From positions 1,927-65,926 of the forward strand of contig DAOSXE010000015.1 in NCBI GenBank assembly GCA_035380285.1: DNA of 64,000 nucleotides. The letters run 5' to 3'. The stretch comes from a bacterium (GTDB lineage Bacteria; Auribacterota; Erginobacteria; Erginobacterales; DAOSXE01). The notes beneath the pieces are model-generated. The model made no database searches and was not told the DNA's origin. It was given only the letters and a program-made list of their open reading frames with translations. The translations under genes were made by a program, and so were the position numbers. This document shows, piece after piece, positions 1 through 8,925 of this stretch (within the stretch, counting starts at the first letter, position 1; the number at the start of each line of letters is the position of its first letter).

Positions 1-531
1 ATCCTCTACCTGCGGCAGCACAAGGGGAAAACCCCGGAAGAAGAGCTCAAGGGGGACCGGCCCCTCGATGAGGTCCCCGCCGACCTCGCCCCCGGTCTGG
101 TGGCGAGCTACTACAACAAGATCAGTCCCGTCGGCGAACCGGTCCGGAGGACCGTGGAAAGCGACGTCTATTTCCGGCTCAACAACGACGAGGAAAAAGT
201 CGAGCGCCTGGGCCTGAAGGCCCCCCTGAGCATCGTCTGGGAGGGCCTGATCCTGATCCCCTCGGACGGCACCTACTATTTCGCCACCGAGTCCGACGAC
301 GGATCCTGGGTCTTCGTGGACGACAAGCTGGTGGTCGACAACGGGGGCAACCACGGCAACCAGTACGTCTCCGGCGAAATCGAGCTCACCGCCGGGTACC
401 ACCGGTTCCGGGTCAAGTACTTCGACAGCGCCTGGGGGGCCTGGATGAAGCTGGTCTGGACTCCCCCCGGGGGCGCGGAGGCTCCCATTCCCGCCGACCG
501 CCTGCTGCACTCGAAAGCTGAGGAGAGCTGA
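1..531 (+). CDS. PA14 domain-containing protein, C-terminal part (5' end upstream of window)
   Basis: Frame 1 is open from base 1 to the stop at 529-531. GLVASYYN...DGTYYFATESDDGSWVFVDDKLVVDNGG...GYHRFRVKYFD matches the PA14 pattern. Confidence 0.7.
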   Translation: MLYLRQHKGKTPEEELKGDRPLDEVPADLAPGLVASYYNKISPVGEPVRRTVESDVYFRLNNDEEKVERLGLKAPLSIVWEGLILIPSDGTYYFATESDDGSWVFVDDKLVVDNGGNHGNQYVSGEIELTAGYHRFRVKYFDSAWGAWMKLVWTPPGGAEAPIPADRLLHSKAEES

Positions 532-556
532 CCCGGACCGGGTGCCGGGAGACGGA

Positions 557-1282
557 TCAGGAATAACGGCCGGCCGCGGCGTTGATCCGGACCCGGAGAA
601 CGTCGCGGAACATCCGCAGGGAATCGCGGACCGGGCTGACGGTCGAGCCCTCGGCGTTGAGCCATTTCACCGGGACCTCGCGGATGCGGTAGCCGAGGCG
701 ACGCGCCAGGTACAGCATCTCCACGTCGAAGCTGAACCCGTCGATCCGGCAACGGGGGGCGATGGACGACATGGCGGCGCGGGTGAAGCATTTGAATCCG
801 CACTGGGTGTCGGCTATCCCGCCGACGGCCACGGCTCGGACCAGCCCGTTGAAGACGCGGCCCATCACCCGGCGGTAGAAGGGCTGGCGGACGACCAGGT
901 CGGAACCGGAAAGGTTGCGGGAGCCGATCACCACGTCGTACCCTTCCTCCAGGAACGGGAAAAATTTCTCCACTTCCTCGATCGGGGTCGAAAGGTCGGC
1001 GTCGGAGAAAAGAACGAATTCGCCGGAAGCCGCGGCGGCGCCTTCCCGGACCGTGTACCCCTTGCCCCGGTTGAGCTTGCGGTCGACCACGGTCAGGGGA
1101 AATCCGGGGGGGCGCCAGGCCTGGGCCGCGGCGGCGGTGGCGTCGGTACTGCCGTCGCTGACCACGATCACCTCCACGGAATAGTCGCGGCCGGAAAAAT
1201 ACCCGCGCAGGCGCTCCAGGGTGGGGACCAGGCGCGCCTCTTCGTTATAGGCGGGCACGACCACGGAGAGACGGACGCTCAC
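557..1282 (-). CDS. Family 2 glycosyltransferase (polyprenol-phosphate hexosyltransferase-like)
   Basis: 241 aa. N-terminus LSVVVPAYNEE...VIVVSDGSTD and a DAD motif are typical of GT2. The start overlaps the def stop by 4 nt. Confidence 0.8.
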   Translation of the reverse strand: MSVRLSVVVPAYNEEARLVPTLERLRGYFSGRDYSVEVIVVSDGSTDATAAAAQAWRPPGFPLTVVDRKLNRGKGYTVREGAAAASGEFVLFSDADLSTPIEEVEKFFPFLEEGYDVVIGSRNLSGSDLVVRQPFYRRVMGRVFNGLVRAVAVGGIADTQCGFKCFTRAAMSSIAPRCRIDGFSFDVEMLYLARRLGYRIREVPVKWLNAEGSTVSPVRDSLRMFRDVLRVRINAAAGRYS

Positions 1283-1782
1283 AGGATCACCCCCTGTTCC
1301 AGTTTCCTGAGCTTGCCCGCGATCAGTTTACGGGAGAAGAACCCGGCCCGGTCGCTGATCAGCACCCCCTCCAGGTGGTCGGTCTCGTGCTGGATGATCC
1401 GCCCGAACAGACCGGAGCCCTCGATCTCCCGGCTCTCCCCCTCCAGACCCCGGTAGCGGATCCGGACGGTGCGGTCGCGCTCGATCTCCACGTAGATCCC
1501 GGGAAGGCTCATGCACCCTTCCTCCGCCGTTTCCCGGCCTTCGCCGCCCAGGATCTCGGGGTTGACGAAGACCTGGAAGCCGGCGCCGTCCTGGGCATCG
1601 AGCACGAATAACCGGCGGGAGTCCCCCACCTGGGTGGCGGCCAGGCCGACCGCCTGGCTGTAGTAGAGGGTGTCGCGCATCCGTTCGACCAGGGCGCGCA
1701 GATCGGAATCGAACCGTTCCACCTCCCGGGCCTTTTCCCGTAGGACCGGGTCCCCGTAAATCCTGATCGGAATCGCATTCAT
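1279..1782 (-). CDS. def: Peptide deformylase
   Basis: All three Def motifs are present: GLAATQVG, EGCMSLPG, HETDHLEG. I chose the ATG at 1782 ([12 protein letters not shown]) because it forms an ATGA overlap with the thiD stop. The track ORF extends to 1815. Confidence 0.9.
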   Translation of the reverse strand: MNAIPIRIYGDPVLREKAREVERFDSDLRALVERMRDTLYYSQAVGLAATQVGDSRRLFVLDAQDGAGFQVFVNPEILGGEGRETAEEGCMSLPGIYVEIERDRTVRIRYRGLEGESREIEGSGLFGRIIQHETDHLEGVLISDRAGFFSRKLIAGKLRKLEQGVIL

Positions 1783-2609
1783 CTCGGTTCCTCCGCCGCC
1801 GCGGCGGCTTTCCATCCGACCGTGGCCGCGCCCGCGCCCGGGCGGCGGCGAAACCCGATCGCTCTACACATATACGCCTTGGCCTCCTCGGCGGCGGCGC
1901 GCGCCTCAAGGCCGCGGGCCAGGCCGGCGGCCAGGGCGGCGGAGAAAGTGCATCCGGTGCCGTGGAGCGGCTCCTCGGTCAGACGCGGCGAGCGCAGCCA
2001 GCAGGCCGACTTCCCGTCCCAGAAGAGGTCGTCGGCCGGCCCCGAACCGTGGCCGGCCTTGACTACGACGGCGGCGGCGCCGAAACCGGCTATGGCCCGG
2101 GCGGCGGCCAACATCTCCCCGGCGTCGGCCACCGGGAACCCCGCCAGGATCCGGGCTTCCTCGAGATTGGGAGTGACGACGCGGGCCAGGGGAAGCAGCT
2201 CCGAGATCAGCGTCCGCACGGCTTCCTTTTCCAGGAGCCGATCGCCGGAGGTGGCGACCATGACCGGATCCACCACCAGGTTGGGAAGCTTCAGGGAACG
2301 GATCCGCGCGGCCACCTCCCGGATGATGCCGGCGTTGGCCAGCATCCCGGTCTTGACCGCCGACGGGTGCATGTCCCGCGCCACCGCCTCGATCTGAGCG
2401 CCGACGAAATCCGGCTCCAGGCAGACCACCGCCTCGACCCCTCTCGTGTTCTGAGCGGTGACCGCGGTGACGGCGGTGGTCCCGAAAACTCCGAACGCCT
2501 CGAAGGTCTTGAGATCGGCCTGGATCCCGGCCCCGCCGCCGGAATCGGAACCGGCGATGGTGAGCGCGCTGTACACTTTCTCCGCCATGACCGCAGAAGA
2601 ATAGGCCAA
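1779..2609 (-). CDS. thiD: Hydroxymethylpyrimidine/phosphomethylpyrimidine kinase
   Basis: [33 protein letters not shown] and [16 protein letters not shown] are ThiD (PfkB-family) hallmarks. The start is uncertain: TTG at 2609 or ATG at 2588. Confidence 0.85.
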   Translation of the reverse strand: MAYSSAVMAEKVYSALTIAGSDSGGGAGIQADLKTFEAFGVFGTTAVTAVTAQNTRGVEAVVCLEPDFVGAQIEAVARDMHPSAVKTGMLANAGIIREVAARIRSLKLPNLVVDPVMVATSGDRLLEKEAVRTLISELLPLARVVTPNLEEARILAGFPVADAGEMLAAARAIAGFGAAAVVVKAGHGSGPADDLFWDGKSACWLRSPRLTEEPLHGTGCTFSAALAAGLARGLEARAAAEEAKAYMCRAIGFRRRPGAGAATVGWKAAAAAEEPR

Positions 2610-2742
2610 GGAAGGTGCTTTTTCAAAACAAAACCCTCCCTCCCCGGCAGGCCGGGCGAATACGGCGGGGCATTTCGGCGGAAACGGATAAAAACCGGGG
2701 GCACGTCCGCCCGCGGATTCGCGCGCCGGGGGACGTTTATTT

Positions 2743-3282
2743 TCAGCCGAGCAGGAACCCGCCGGTGTAGCGGACCGACTTCGTGTCCTGAGAGGGCAGG
2801 TTCCAGTCCCGGATCCAGCGGATCGGGCGGGGGCCGCCGCCGCAGACGGGGAACGCGCCGGCGGCCGAACAGAGCGCGTCGACCCAGAAACCGCAGGCCT
2901 CGAGGGCGAACAGCCGCCGGAGGGGCCGACGGCACTCCTCTCCCTCGGCGCACCCCCGCGGACAGACCCGGCACGGCCCGCTGGCGTAGGCGGCGAGGAC
3001 GGCGAAACCTTCCCCGCGCAGGGCTTGCGCCGTCCGGGCGATGAAGGGATGGACCCGGTTCTGGGAGAGTTCGTCCTCGTCCGCTTCCAACTGGACGACG
3101 AGGAAACCGCGGGCGCGGGAGAGAAGCTCCCGCGTCGTTTCGACCGCGGGCGCGTAGGGCGGGCACCCCTTCCACCCCCTCAGGATACCGGGGCAGGAGG
3201 GAATCGTCCCCTCGGCCGTGCGGTAGGGGATGCGGCAGAACCGCTTCACCCGCTCGGCGACGACGGAGGACAGCGGAGGCAT
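2743..3282 (-). CDS. Cys-rich predicted metal-binding protein (DUF2284-like)
   Basis: Only the C-terminal ~180 aa of the 502-aa track ORF looks genuine (RFCRIPY...CPGILRGWKGCPPYAP...CRVCPRGCAEGEECRRP). The first ATG is at 3282. Protein-like sequence continues upstream to about 3430 without an obvious start codon. Confidence 0.5.
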   Translation of the reverse strand: MPPLSSVVAERVKRFCRIPYRTAEGTIPSCPGILRGWKGCPPYAPAVETTRELLSRARGFLVVQLEADEDELSQNRVHPFIARTAQALRGEGFAVLAAYASGPCRVCPRGCAEGEECRRPLRRLFALEACGFWVDALCSAAGAFPVCGGGPRPIRWIRDWNLPSQDTKSVRYTGGFLLG

Positions 3283-3500
3283 CAGCCCGGCCCGGAGAAC
3301 GCCGGGGGCCAGCGCCGGGTCGGCGGCGTGCCGTCGCTCCAGGAGGGCGCCCAGTGCCTCGGCGCGGCGGTCGTAGAAATCCGCGAAGTCCGCGGTGGCT
3401 CCGGCGGCGGAGACGGGGGCGAGCCGCCGGGATTGCCGGATGTATTCCCGCGCCGTGCCGATTTCTCGTCCTCCGTTGTCGGCGACGGGCACGGGCGCCT

Positions 3501-4532
3501 CTAGAAACGGACCCCGGCGAAGCCGGTCACGGTGTTCATCCGGAAGTCGAACGCCTTGTCGAACTTTTCCCGCAGCTCCTCGATTTCGTCCGGGTCGCGG
3601 TCCAGGGCGTTGACCTCGCCGTCCGTACGGAAGTGCAGGTACGCCCCTCCGAAGAACAGATCGACCGCCTCCGAAACCGGGAACTCGATCCGGGCGCTGA
3701 GGCGGTAGGTGTCGAAGTCGATGTCGAGGTCCTTTTCGTGGCGGGTCTTGACGGGGAAATGCTCGGTGGAGCCGTTGTAGGAGAAAAAACCGTAGCGACC
3801 GGAGAGGACCAGGCGCACGCCGTCGGCGGGGCCGAGGGTAAGGTCGCCGCCGGCCCCGAGCACCGGAAGACCGATCCCGCCCCAGCCGTCGGTCTGGCCG
3901 CCGATCACGTACTCCACCGGGGGCTCCTCGTAGACGGTGGTCCCCCGGGGGGGGCCGTCGTCGAGATCGTACTTGCCGAAAATGCCGATCAGCCCCAGGT
4001 AGATCCAGGGAACGAGCGCCACCGATTCCGCGGGTTCGAAGGTGAAGGGGGTGAAAGCAAGATCGATCTCGACCAAACCGGAATCGAGCGAGGCCGTGAA
4101 CTCGTCCCCTTCCGGAATCATCATGTGGTCGTAGCTCTTCCCCCGGTATTCGATGTCGTCGTCGATCCCGATGTAGTAATCGCGGTTGGCCACGGCATCG
4201 GCGTCGGTTCTGAAGTAGGAAGCCTCGAAACTGAGGGTGAAGTATTTCCATTCCTTCTCCACCGCGATGCCGAAGATGGGAACCCGGTCGTTGAGGCCGA
4301 GGTCGTCCAGGGAATACGTGGAACCCTCGCTCTCCCTTCCGATCAGCTCGTAGTACGGGCGGACGGTCTCGGTCACCTCTCCCTCCAGTTCGGAGACCAT
4401 TCCGCCCCCGACCGAAATCAGCCAGCCCCGATCGATCCCGTCGTCGCGGCCCCAGCGAAAAACCCCGGTCCCGGCCCGGGCGGAAGCGGCCCAGCAGCCG
4501 GCGAGGGCGACGGCGAAAAGCAATCTATTCAT
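3501..4532 (-). CDS. Outer-membrane beta-barrel protein
   Basis: Signal peptide MNRLLFAVALAGCWAASARA, alternating-hydrophobic beta-strand pattern, and a C-terminal ...GFAGVRF with terminal Phe typical of OMPs. Confidence 0.6.
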   Translation of the reverse strand: MNRLLFAVALAGCWAASARAGTGVFRWGRDDGIDRGWLISVGGGMVSELEGEVTETVRPYYELIGRESEGSTYSLDDLGLNDRVPIFGIAVEKEWKYFTLSFEASYFRTDADAVANRDYYIGIDDDIEYRGKSYDHMMIPEGDEFTASLDSGLVEIDLAFTPFTFEPAESVALVPWIYLGLIGIFGKYDLDDGPPRGTTVYEEPPVEYVIGGQTDGWGGIGLPVLGAGGDLTLGPADGVRLVLSGRYGFFSYNGSTEHFPVKTRHEKDLDIDFDTYRLSARIEFPVSEAVDLFFGGAYLHFRTDGEVNALDRDPDEIEELREKFDKAFDFRMNTVTGFAGVRF

Positions 4533-5298
4533 CGGCGTTCTCCCGGTAGGTTTCCAACCGGTCCTCGCCGGGGAAAAATTCCAGGAGTTCGGGCCGGCCG
4601 TCCAGAAGCCGGATCAGCGTGTAGCGTTTGACCCAACAGCCGGTGTTGCCGTACGTCCCCTCCGGGAACGAGGACAGCTCCGGACAGTGGGTGTGCCCGA
4701 GAATAACCAGGTCGTCACCCTCCCGCAGATACTCCCGGGCGCGGACCCGGTAAGCGCCCAAAACCTCTTCGGTGGCCCGGGTAAGCTCGAACCGGCGGCT
4801 GCGGGCGGAGATAAACTCCCCCAACGGCACTCCGGCCGCCGGGGGGAGGAGCCGGTACAGCCGCTGGAGCGCCGGGTTGCGCAGGAGCCGATGGAGAAAA
4901 CGGCTGCCCCGGTCCCCGGGCCGGATCCCGTCGCCGTGCCTGACCCTCACGTTCCTCCCCTGGAGCTTTCCCCGGAACTCCCGGTCGTGGACGGTGACGC
5001 CCACGGTCTCGCTGACGAACGGCCCCAGGGCGAAATCGTGGTTGCCCTGACAGTAGTGGACCTCAACCCCGGCCTCGACCAGAGAGCGGAGGGCGTGGAG
5101 AGGACGGAAATAGTCGGGCCGGACGGCGTAACGGTATTCGATCCAGAAATCGAAGAGGTCGCCGACGATGAAGATCCGGGAGGCTCCCCCGCCCCACTTT
5201 CTCAGAAAGGACTCGAGGGCGGCGCCCCGGCCCTCGCCCCCCTCGATGCCGATGCCCAGGTGGGCGTCCGAAACGAAATAAATCGGCTTTGACGGCAC
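4525..5298 (-). CDS. lpxH: UDP-2,3-diacylglucosamine diphosphatase-like metallophosphoesterase
   Basis: Calcineurin-like motifs appear in LpxH order and spacing: FVSDAHLG, VGDLFDFWIEY, GNHDF, HGD, GHTH. Confidence 0.6.
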   Translation of the reverse strand: MPSKPIYFVSDAHLGIGIEGGEGRGAALESFLRKWGGGASRIFIVGDLFDFWIEYRYAVRPDYFRPLHALRSLVEAGVEVHYCQGNHDFALGPFVSETVGVTVHDREFRGKLQGRNVRVRHGDGIRPGDRGSRFLHRLLRNPALQRLYRLLPPAAGVPLGEFISARSRRFELTRATEEVLGAYRVRAREYLREGDDLVILGHTHCPELSSFPEGTYGNTGCWVKRYTLIRLLDGRPELLEFFPGEDRLETYRENADE

Positions 5299-5397
5299 TG
5301 GTTCGTTCCCCGGCGTTGCCGATACCCGAAAACCGGACCATCCTGCCGGCCCGGCCTGTTATAACCATACCACAGATCGGACGGAAACGCAGGAGAC

Positions 5398-6210
5398 CTA
5401 CTTCAGGTAATAGAGCCGGGGGTTCTCCCCGATCCGCACGCTCAGTTCGATATAGGGCTTGATCGAACTCATGGCGATCTTCCCCATCAGAACCTCCTCC
5501 ACCTGGAAGATCCCGGTGGCGTCGCGCATGTCGATGGCGATTTCCAGGGGTTTGGTCTCTCCCCGCTTGAGCTCGACGCTGGTCACGCTCAGGGCCGAAT
5601 ACGCGTGGATATCCCCCACGGTGGGATCGTGCTTGCGCTTCACCGCCGCCCGGGCGCGGCCGTACTCCATGTCGCAGCCGTCGGATACCAGCATGATCCC
5701 GGATTCGATCGAGTTGACCTTCATGTGGGCCATGTGACCCATGATGCATTCGAAGATATAGGAACGCAGGATGTAGACCTTTCCCTCGTCCGGATAAATA
5801 TCCCGAAGCACTTCGAAGATGAACGGATCCCCGACGCGGGTGGAATTGATCTCGTGGTCCTGGCGCCCGATCGACATGCCCAGATCGTGAAGAAACGCCG
5901 AAACCGTCAGCACCACCTGGGCGTCCTCCACATCGCCCGAACCCTCCCTGACCACGGTGGGGTCGACCCCGGACTCGGCCAGAATGCCCACGATCTTGAG
6001 GGCGTTGAGGGTGGCGATCTTGGCGTGAACCCGGCCGTGGTCGTTGAACCCGTAGCGCTCGACCGAAACCACGTTGCAAAACCCCATCAGCCGCTCCAGC
6101 GCCTTCAGCGAGAGCAGGCGCTCCAGAGCGCGGCGGGCCTTCCCTTCCGATTTCTCCAACAGTTCGACGTCGAGCTTCTTCTCGAACTCGCTCTTCGCGT
6201 ATTCCGCCAT
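5398..6210 (-). CDS. HD-domain metal-dependent phosphohydrolase
   Basis: 270 aa with HGRVHAKI ... FLHDLGMS (H...HD signature). Confidence 0.65.
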   Translation of the reverse strand: MAEYAKSEFEKKLDVELLEKSEGKARRALERLLSLKALERLMGFCNVVSVERYGFNDHGRVHAKIATLNALKIVGILAESGVDPTVVREGSGDVEDAQVVLTVSAFLHDLGMSIGRQDHEINSTRVGDPFIFEVLRDIYPDEGKVYILRSYIFECIMGHMAHMKVNSIESGIMLVSDGCDMEYGRARAAVKRKHDPTVGDIHAYSALSVTSVELKRGETKPLEIAIDMRDATGIFQVEEVLMGKIAMSSIKPYIELSVRIGENPRLYYLK

Positions 6211-6344
6211 TCTAACCTCCTGAGTCCGTCCGCCGGGACGATCGTGCTCCCGGGCCCGTTCTTCTCCGTTCGATCATAGTATATCCGGGGAGACTCGGCG
6301 GCGCGGGAAAAATTTGCCGGGACGGGGCACGGGTTTTCTGCTTT

Positions 6345-6373
6345 TTGACATTATGGAGGGAAAATGGTAATAT
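6345..6373 (+). promoter_or_regulatory. Sigma-70-type promoter candidate for the 6412 gene
   Basis: TTGACA (6345-6350), 17-nt spacer, TAATAT (6368-6373). A GGAGG Shine-Dalgarno sits ~8 nt before the ATG at 6412. Confidence 0.5.
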
Positions 6374-6411
6374 TTAAATCAGTCCATTCAATCCTTAACG
6401 GAGGCTCTTTC

Positions 6412-8775
6412 ATGCAAAAGTCTTGGTGGGCAGCAGCGGCGGCAACGGTCCTGATTCTCGCGCCCGGGGAATCCGGGGCGGCCGGCTACGTTCCCGACTA
6501 CTCCACCTACCTGGGCGGCGGCCTCAACGATACCGGCGGCGATATAGCCGTCGAAGACGGTTCCGTCTATGTCTGCGGAATGAGCGCGTCCGCCGATTTC
6601 CCCACCGTCGCACCCTACCAGGCGGGACTGCCCGGGTTCATCAACGCCGTCATCTCCCGTTTCGATTCGGACGGGAACCTGGTCTTTTCCTCCTACCTGG
6701 GAGGCTCGACCATCGACGCCGGTATCGGGGTCGCCGTCGATGAAGGGGCGGTCTGCTTGGTCGGCTATACGATGTCGTTCGATTTCCCCACCGTCGACCC
6801 CTGCCAAGCGAACCTGGAGGGTTTTCTGGACGCTTTCGTGGCTCGTTTCGACTCCGGGGGCGACCTGATCTTTTCTTCCTACCTGGGAGGGTCCGACGAA
6901 GAGCAAGCGTTCGGTGTCGCCGCCTCCGGCGGCGACATCTACATCGCCGGATTCACCACCTCCACCGACTTCCCCGTCGTCGGAGCATGGCAGCCCGCTC
7001 TGGCCGGGGGAACCGACGCCTTCGTCGCCCGGTTCCAATTCAACCCTTCCAGCAGTCTGGCCTATTCCTCCTACCTGGGAGGGACGGGAGACGACAACGC
7101 CGAGGGTATCGCGGTGGATGGAGGCGTGCTTGGAGTAGGCGGCTACACCGATTCCCTCGATTTTCCCACCAGCGACCCGCTGCAGGGCGCCCTGGCGGGA
7201 GGCTGGGACGGATTCGTTTCCGCTATCGACTTAAACCCCTCGGGCAGCCTGGTTTTTTCGTCGTACCTGGGCGGGAGCGAAGACGATTACGTCTTCAGGA
7301 TCGCCGCCGATAACGAAACCCTCTACCTGAGCGGATCGACGGATTCGACCGATTTTCCCACCGTCAACCCATTTCAGGCCTTCCTGGGCGGCAATGCCGA
7401 CGGCTTCGCCGGAGCCATCGCGCTCAACCCCTCGGCCGCCCTGATATTCTCCTCCTATCTGGGCGGCTCCGGCGACGACGACGCCACGGGGCTGGCCGTC
7501 GAAGACGGAGACATCATTCTGACCGGAGACACCGATTCCCAGGATTTTCCCACTGCCCATCCGTTCCAGCCGGGAACGGCCGGTGGCTTCGACGCCTTCG
7601 CCGCCCGCCTGGCTCTCTCCCCCGCCACGGCCTTGGTCTTTTCGTCATACCTGGGGGGAAGCGGGGACGACAGCGCCATGGGTGCCGCCGCCGAAGACGG
7701 CATCATCTATCTGGGGGGCTGGACCGAATCCACCGACTTCCCGACCGTCAACCCCTTCCAAGCCGCGGCGGCGGGAGGGGCCGATTTCTTCGTCTCCCGT
7801 CTGGTACCGGCCCCACCGACCCCGACCCCGACCGCCAGCACCGCACCCACCTGTTCCCCCAGCGCGACGCCGACGGCCGCGCCCTCCTTCTCTCCCACCC
7901 CCTTCCTCCCCTCACCCCCCACCCCCTCCCCGACCCCATACTCCTCGCCGACGCCCGCCGGGCCTCAGCCCACACCTTCCGCGGCACCGGCCACTCCTCC
8001 CTTCCTGGTTCTGGGCGCCGGCGATTATTCCGGCAACGGCCGGAGCGACATCGCCGTTTTCCGCCCCGCCACCGGGGCATGGAAAGTGCGCGGCCTGGGC
8101 ACCACCTACTTCGGCGGCGGCACCGACATCCCGGTTCCCGGAGATTACGACGGCGACGGGGTCACCGACGTCGCCGTCTTCCGCCCTTCCCGCGGTCTAT
8201 GGTGGGCCAAGGGAGTCACTCGGCTTTATTTCAACCTCGGAGACATCGGTCCCGATACCCGACCCGTTCCGGCGGATTACGACGGAGACGGCAGAACCGA
8301 TCCCGGAATCTTCACCGCCGGAGCGGCTCTCTGGGCGGTCAAGGGCGTCAGCCGATTCCACTTCGGCGCGGCCGGCGACCTGCCCGTGCCCGGAGATTAC
8401 GACGGAGACCTGGCCGCCGACGTTGCAGTCTGGCGCCCCGCCACCGGCCTCTGGGCGGTCCGGGGGATAACCAGAAAATTCTACGGGGTCGACGGAGACA
8501 TCCCCGTCCCCGGCACTTACACCTGGTACGGGGGCGGGGGCGGCCCCTTCCGAACCGAATTCGCGGTCTTCCGACCTTCCCGGGGAGTCTGGCTGATCAG
8601 CGGCGGTCCCAAATACTACTTCGGCGTGACCGGCGACCGTCCTCTTCCCGGTAAATACGTCGGGGGCGAACACGACACCCTCGGCATCTTCCGGCCCCCG
8701 ACCGGGCTTTGGGCCTTGCGAAGCATGACCAAGGTCTTCTACGGCCTTTCCGGAGACGATCCGGTTACCCGGTAA
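6412..8775 (+). CDS. Secreted repeat protein: SBBP-type beta-propeller repeats + Pro/Thr linker + FG-GAP/VCBS-like repeats
   Basis: Start chosen at MQKSWWAAAAATVLILAPG (signal peptide, good RBS). About 8 repeats of FSSYLGGSxxDxxxGxAVDxGxxYxxGxTxSxDFPT, a PTPTP-rich linker, then about 7 repeats of GDYDGDGxxDxAVFRPxxGxW. Confidence 0.75.
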   Translation: MQKSWWAAAAATVLILAPGESGAAGYVPDYSTYLGGGLNDTGGDIAVEDGSVYVCGMSASADFPTVAPYQAGLPGFINAVISRFDSDGNLVFSSYLGGSTIDAGIGVAVDEGAVCLVGYTMSFDFPTVDPCQANLEGFLDAFVARFDSGGDLIFSSYLGGSDEEQAFGVAASGGDIYIAGFTTSTDFPVVGAWQPALAGGTDAFVARFQFNPSSSLAYSSYLGGTGDDNAEGIAVDGGVLGVGGYTDSLDFPTSDPLQGALAGGWDGFVSAIDLNPSGSLVFSSYLGGSEDDYVFRIAADNETLYLSGSTDSTDFPTVNPFQAFLGGNADGFAGAIALNPSAALIFSSYLGGSGDDDATGLAVEDGDIILTGDTDSQDFPTAHPFQPGTAGGFDAFAARLALSPATALVFSSYLGGSGDDSAMGAAAEDGIIYLGGWTESTDFPTVNPFQAAAAGGADFFVSRLVPAPPTPTPTASTAPTCSPSATPTAAPSFSPTPFLPSPPTPSPTPYSSPTPAGPQPTPSAAPATPPFLVLGAGDYSGNGRSDIAVFRPATGAWKVRGLGTTYFGGGTDIPVPGDYDGDGVTDVAVFRPSRGLWWAKGVTRLYFNLGDIGPDTRPVPADYDGDGRTDPGIFTAGAALWAVKGVSRFHFGAAGDLPVPGDYDGDLAADVAVWRPATGLWAVRGITRKFYGVDGDIPVPGTYTWYGGGGGPFRTEFAVFRPSRGVWLISGGPKYYFGVTGDRPLPGKYVGGEHDTLGIFRPPTGLWALRSMTKVFYGLSGDDPVTR

Positions 8776-8782
8776 GCCCGCG

Positions 8783-8816
8783 GCGCCGCCCGGGGAGGTT
8801 CGTCTCCGGGCGGCGC
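8783..8816 (+). terminator. GC-rich stem-loop downstream of the 6412-8775 gene (no U-tract)
   Basis: An 11-bp perfect stem (8783-8793 pairs with 8806-8816) with a 12-nt loop, 8 nt after the stop codon. No T-run follows, so terminator function is uncertain. Confidence 0.3.
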
Positions 8817-8839
8817 GCCGGCGGAAACCCGAAATTTCC

Positions 8840-8867
8840 TTGCATTTCGGGCCGATCCGTCTATCCT
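8840..8867 (+). promoter_or_regulatory. Candidate promoter upstream of fusA
   Basis: TTGCAT (8840-8845), 16-nt spacer, TATCCT (8862-8867). Confidence 0.3.
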
Positions 8868-8925
8868 GTTGCGCCCCTGTCCCCGTTTCGACGAGCCGGA
8901 CGGGGCCAACACGCGGAGCAATGCG

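Noticed and set aside
542-1456. 304-aa plus-strand ORF spanning the GT2 and def genes. Similar antisense ORFs: 1822..2397, 1962..3044, 2291..3175.
   Set aside because: They are antisense to genes with unambiguous motifs (GT2, Def, ThiD), and their composition is typical of GC-driven artefacts.
2610-2742. Possible TPP riboswitch upstream of thiD.
   Set aside because: Reading the minus strand I could not find the conserved CUGAGA and ACCUGAUCUGGAUAAUGCCAGCG-type elements. A covariance-model scan (Rfam RF00059) would be needed to be certain.
3283-4251. N-terminal ~320 aa of the 502-aa ORF 2743..4251 (-).
   Set aside because: This part overlaps the outer-membrane-protein gene (3501..4532), which has a signal peptide and a C-terminal Phe, in another frame and is Arg/Pro-rich. 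Only the Cys-rich C-terminal portion looks like a real protein.
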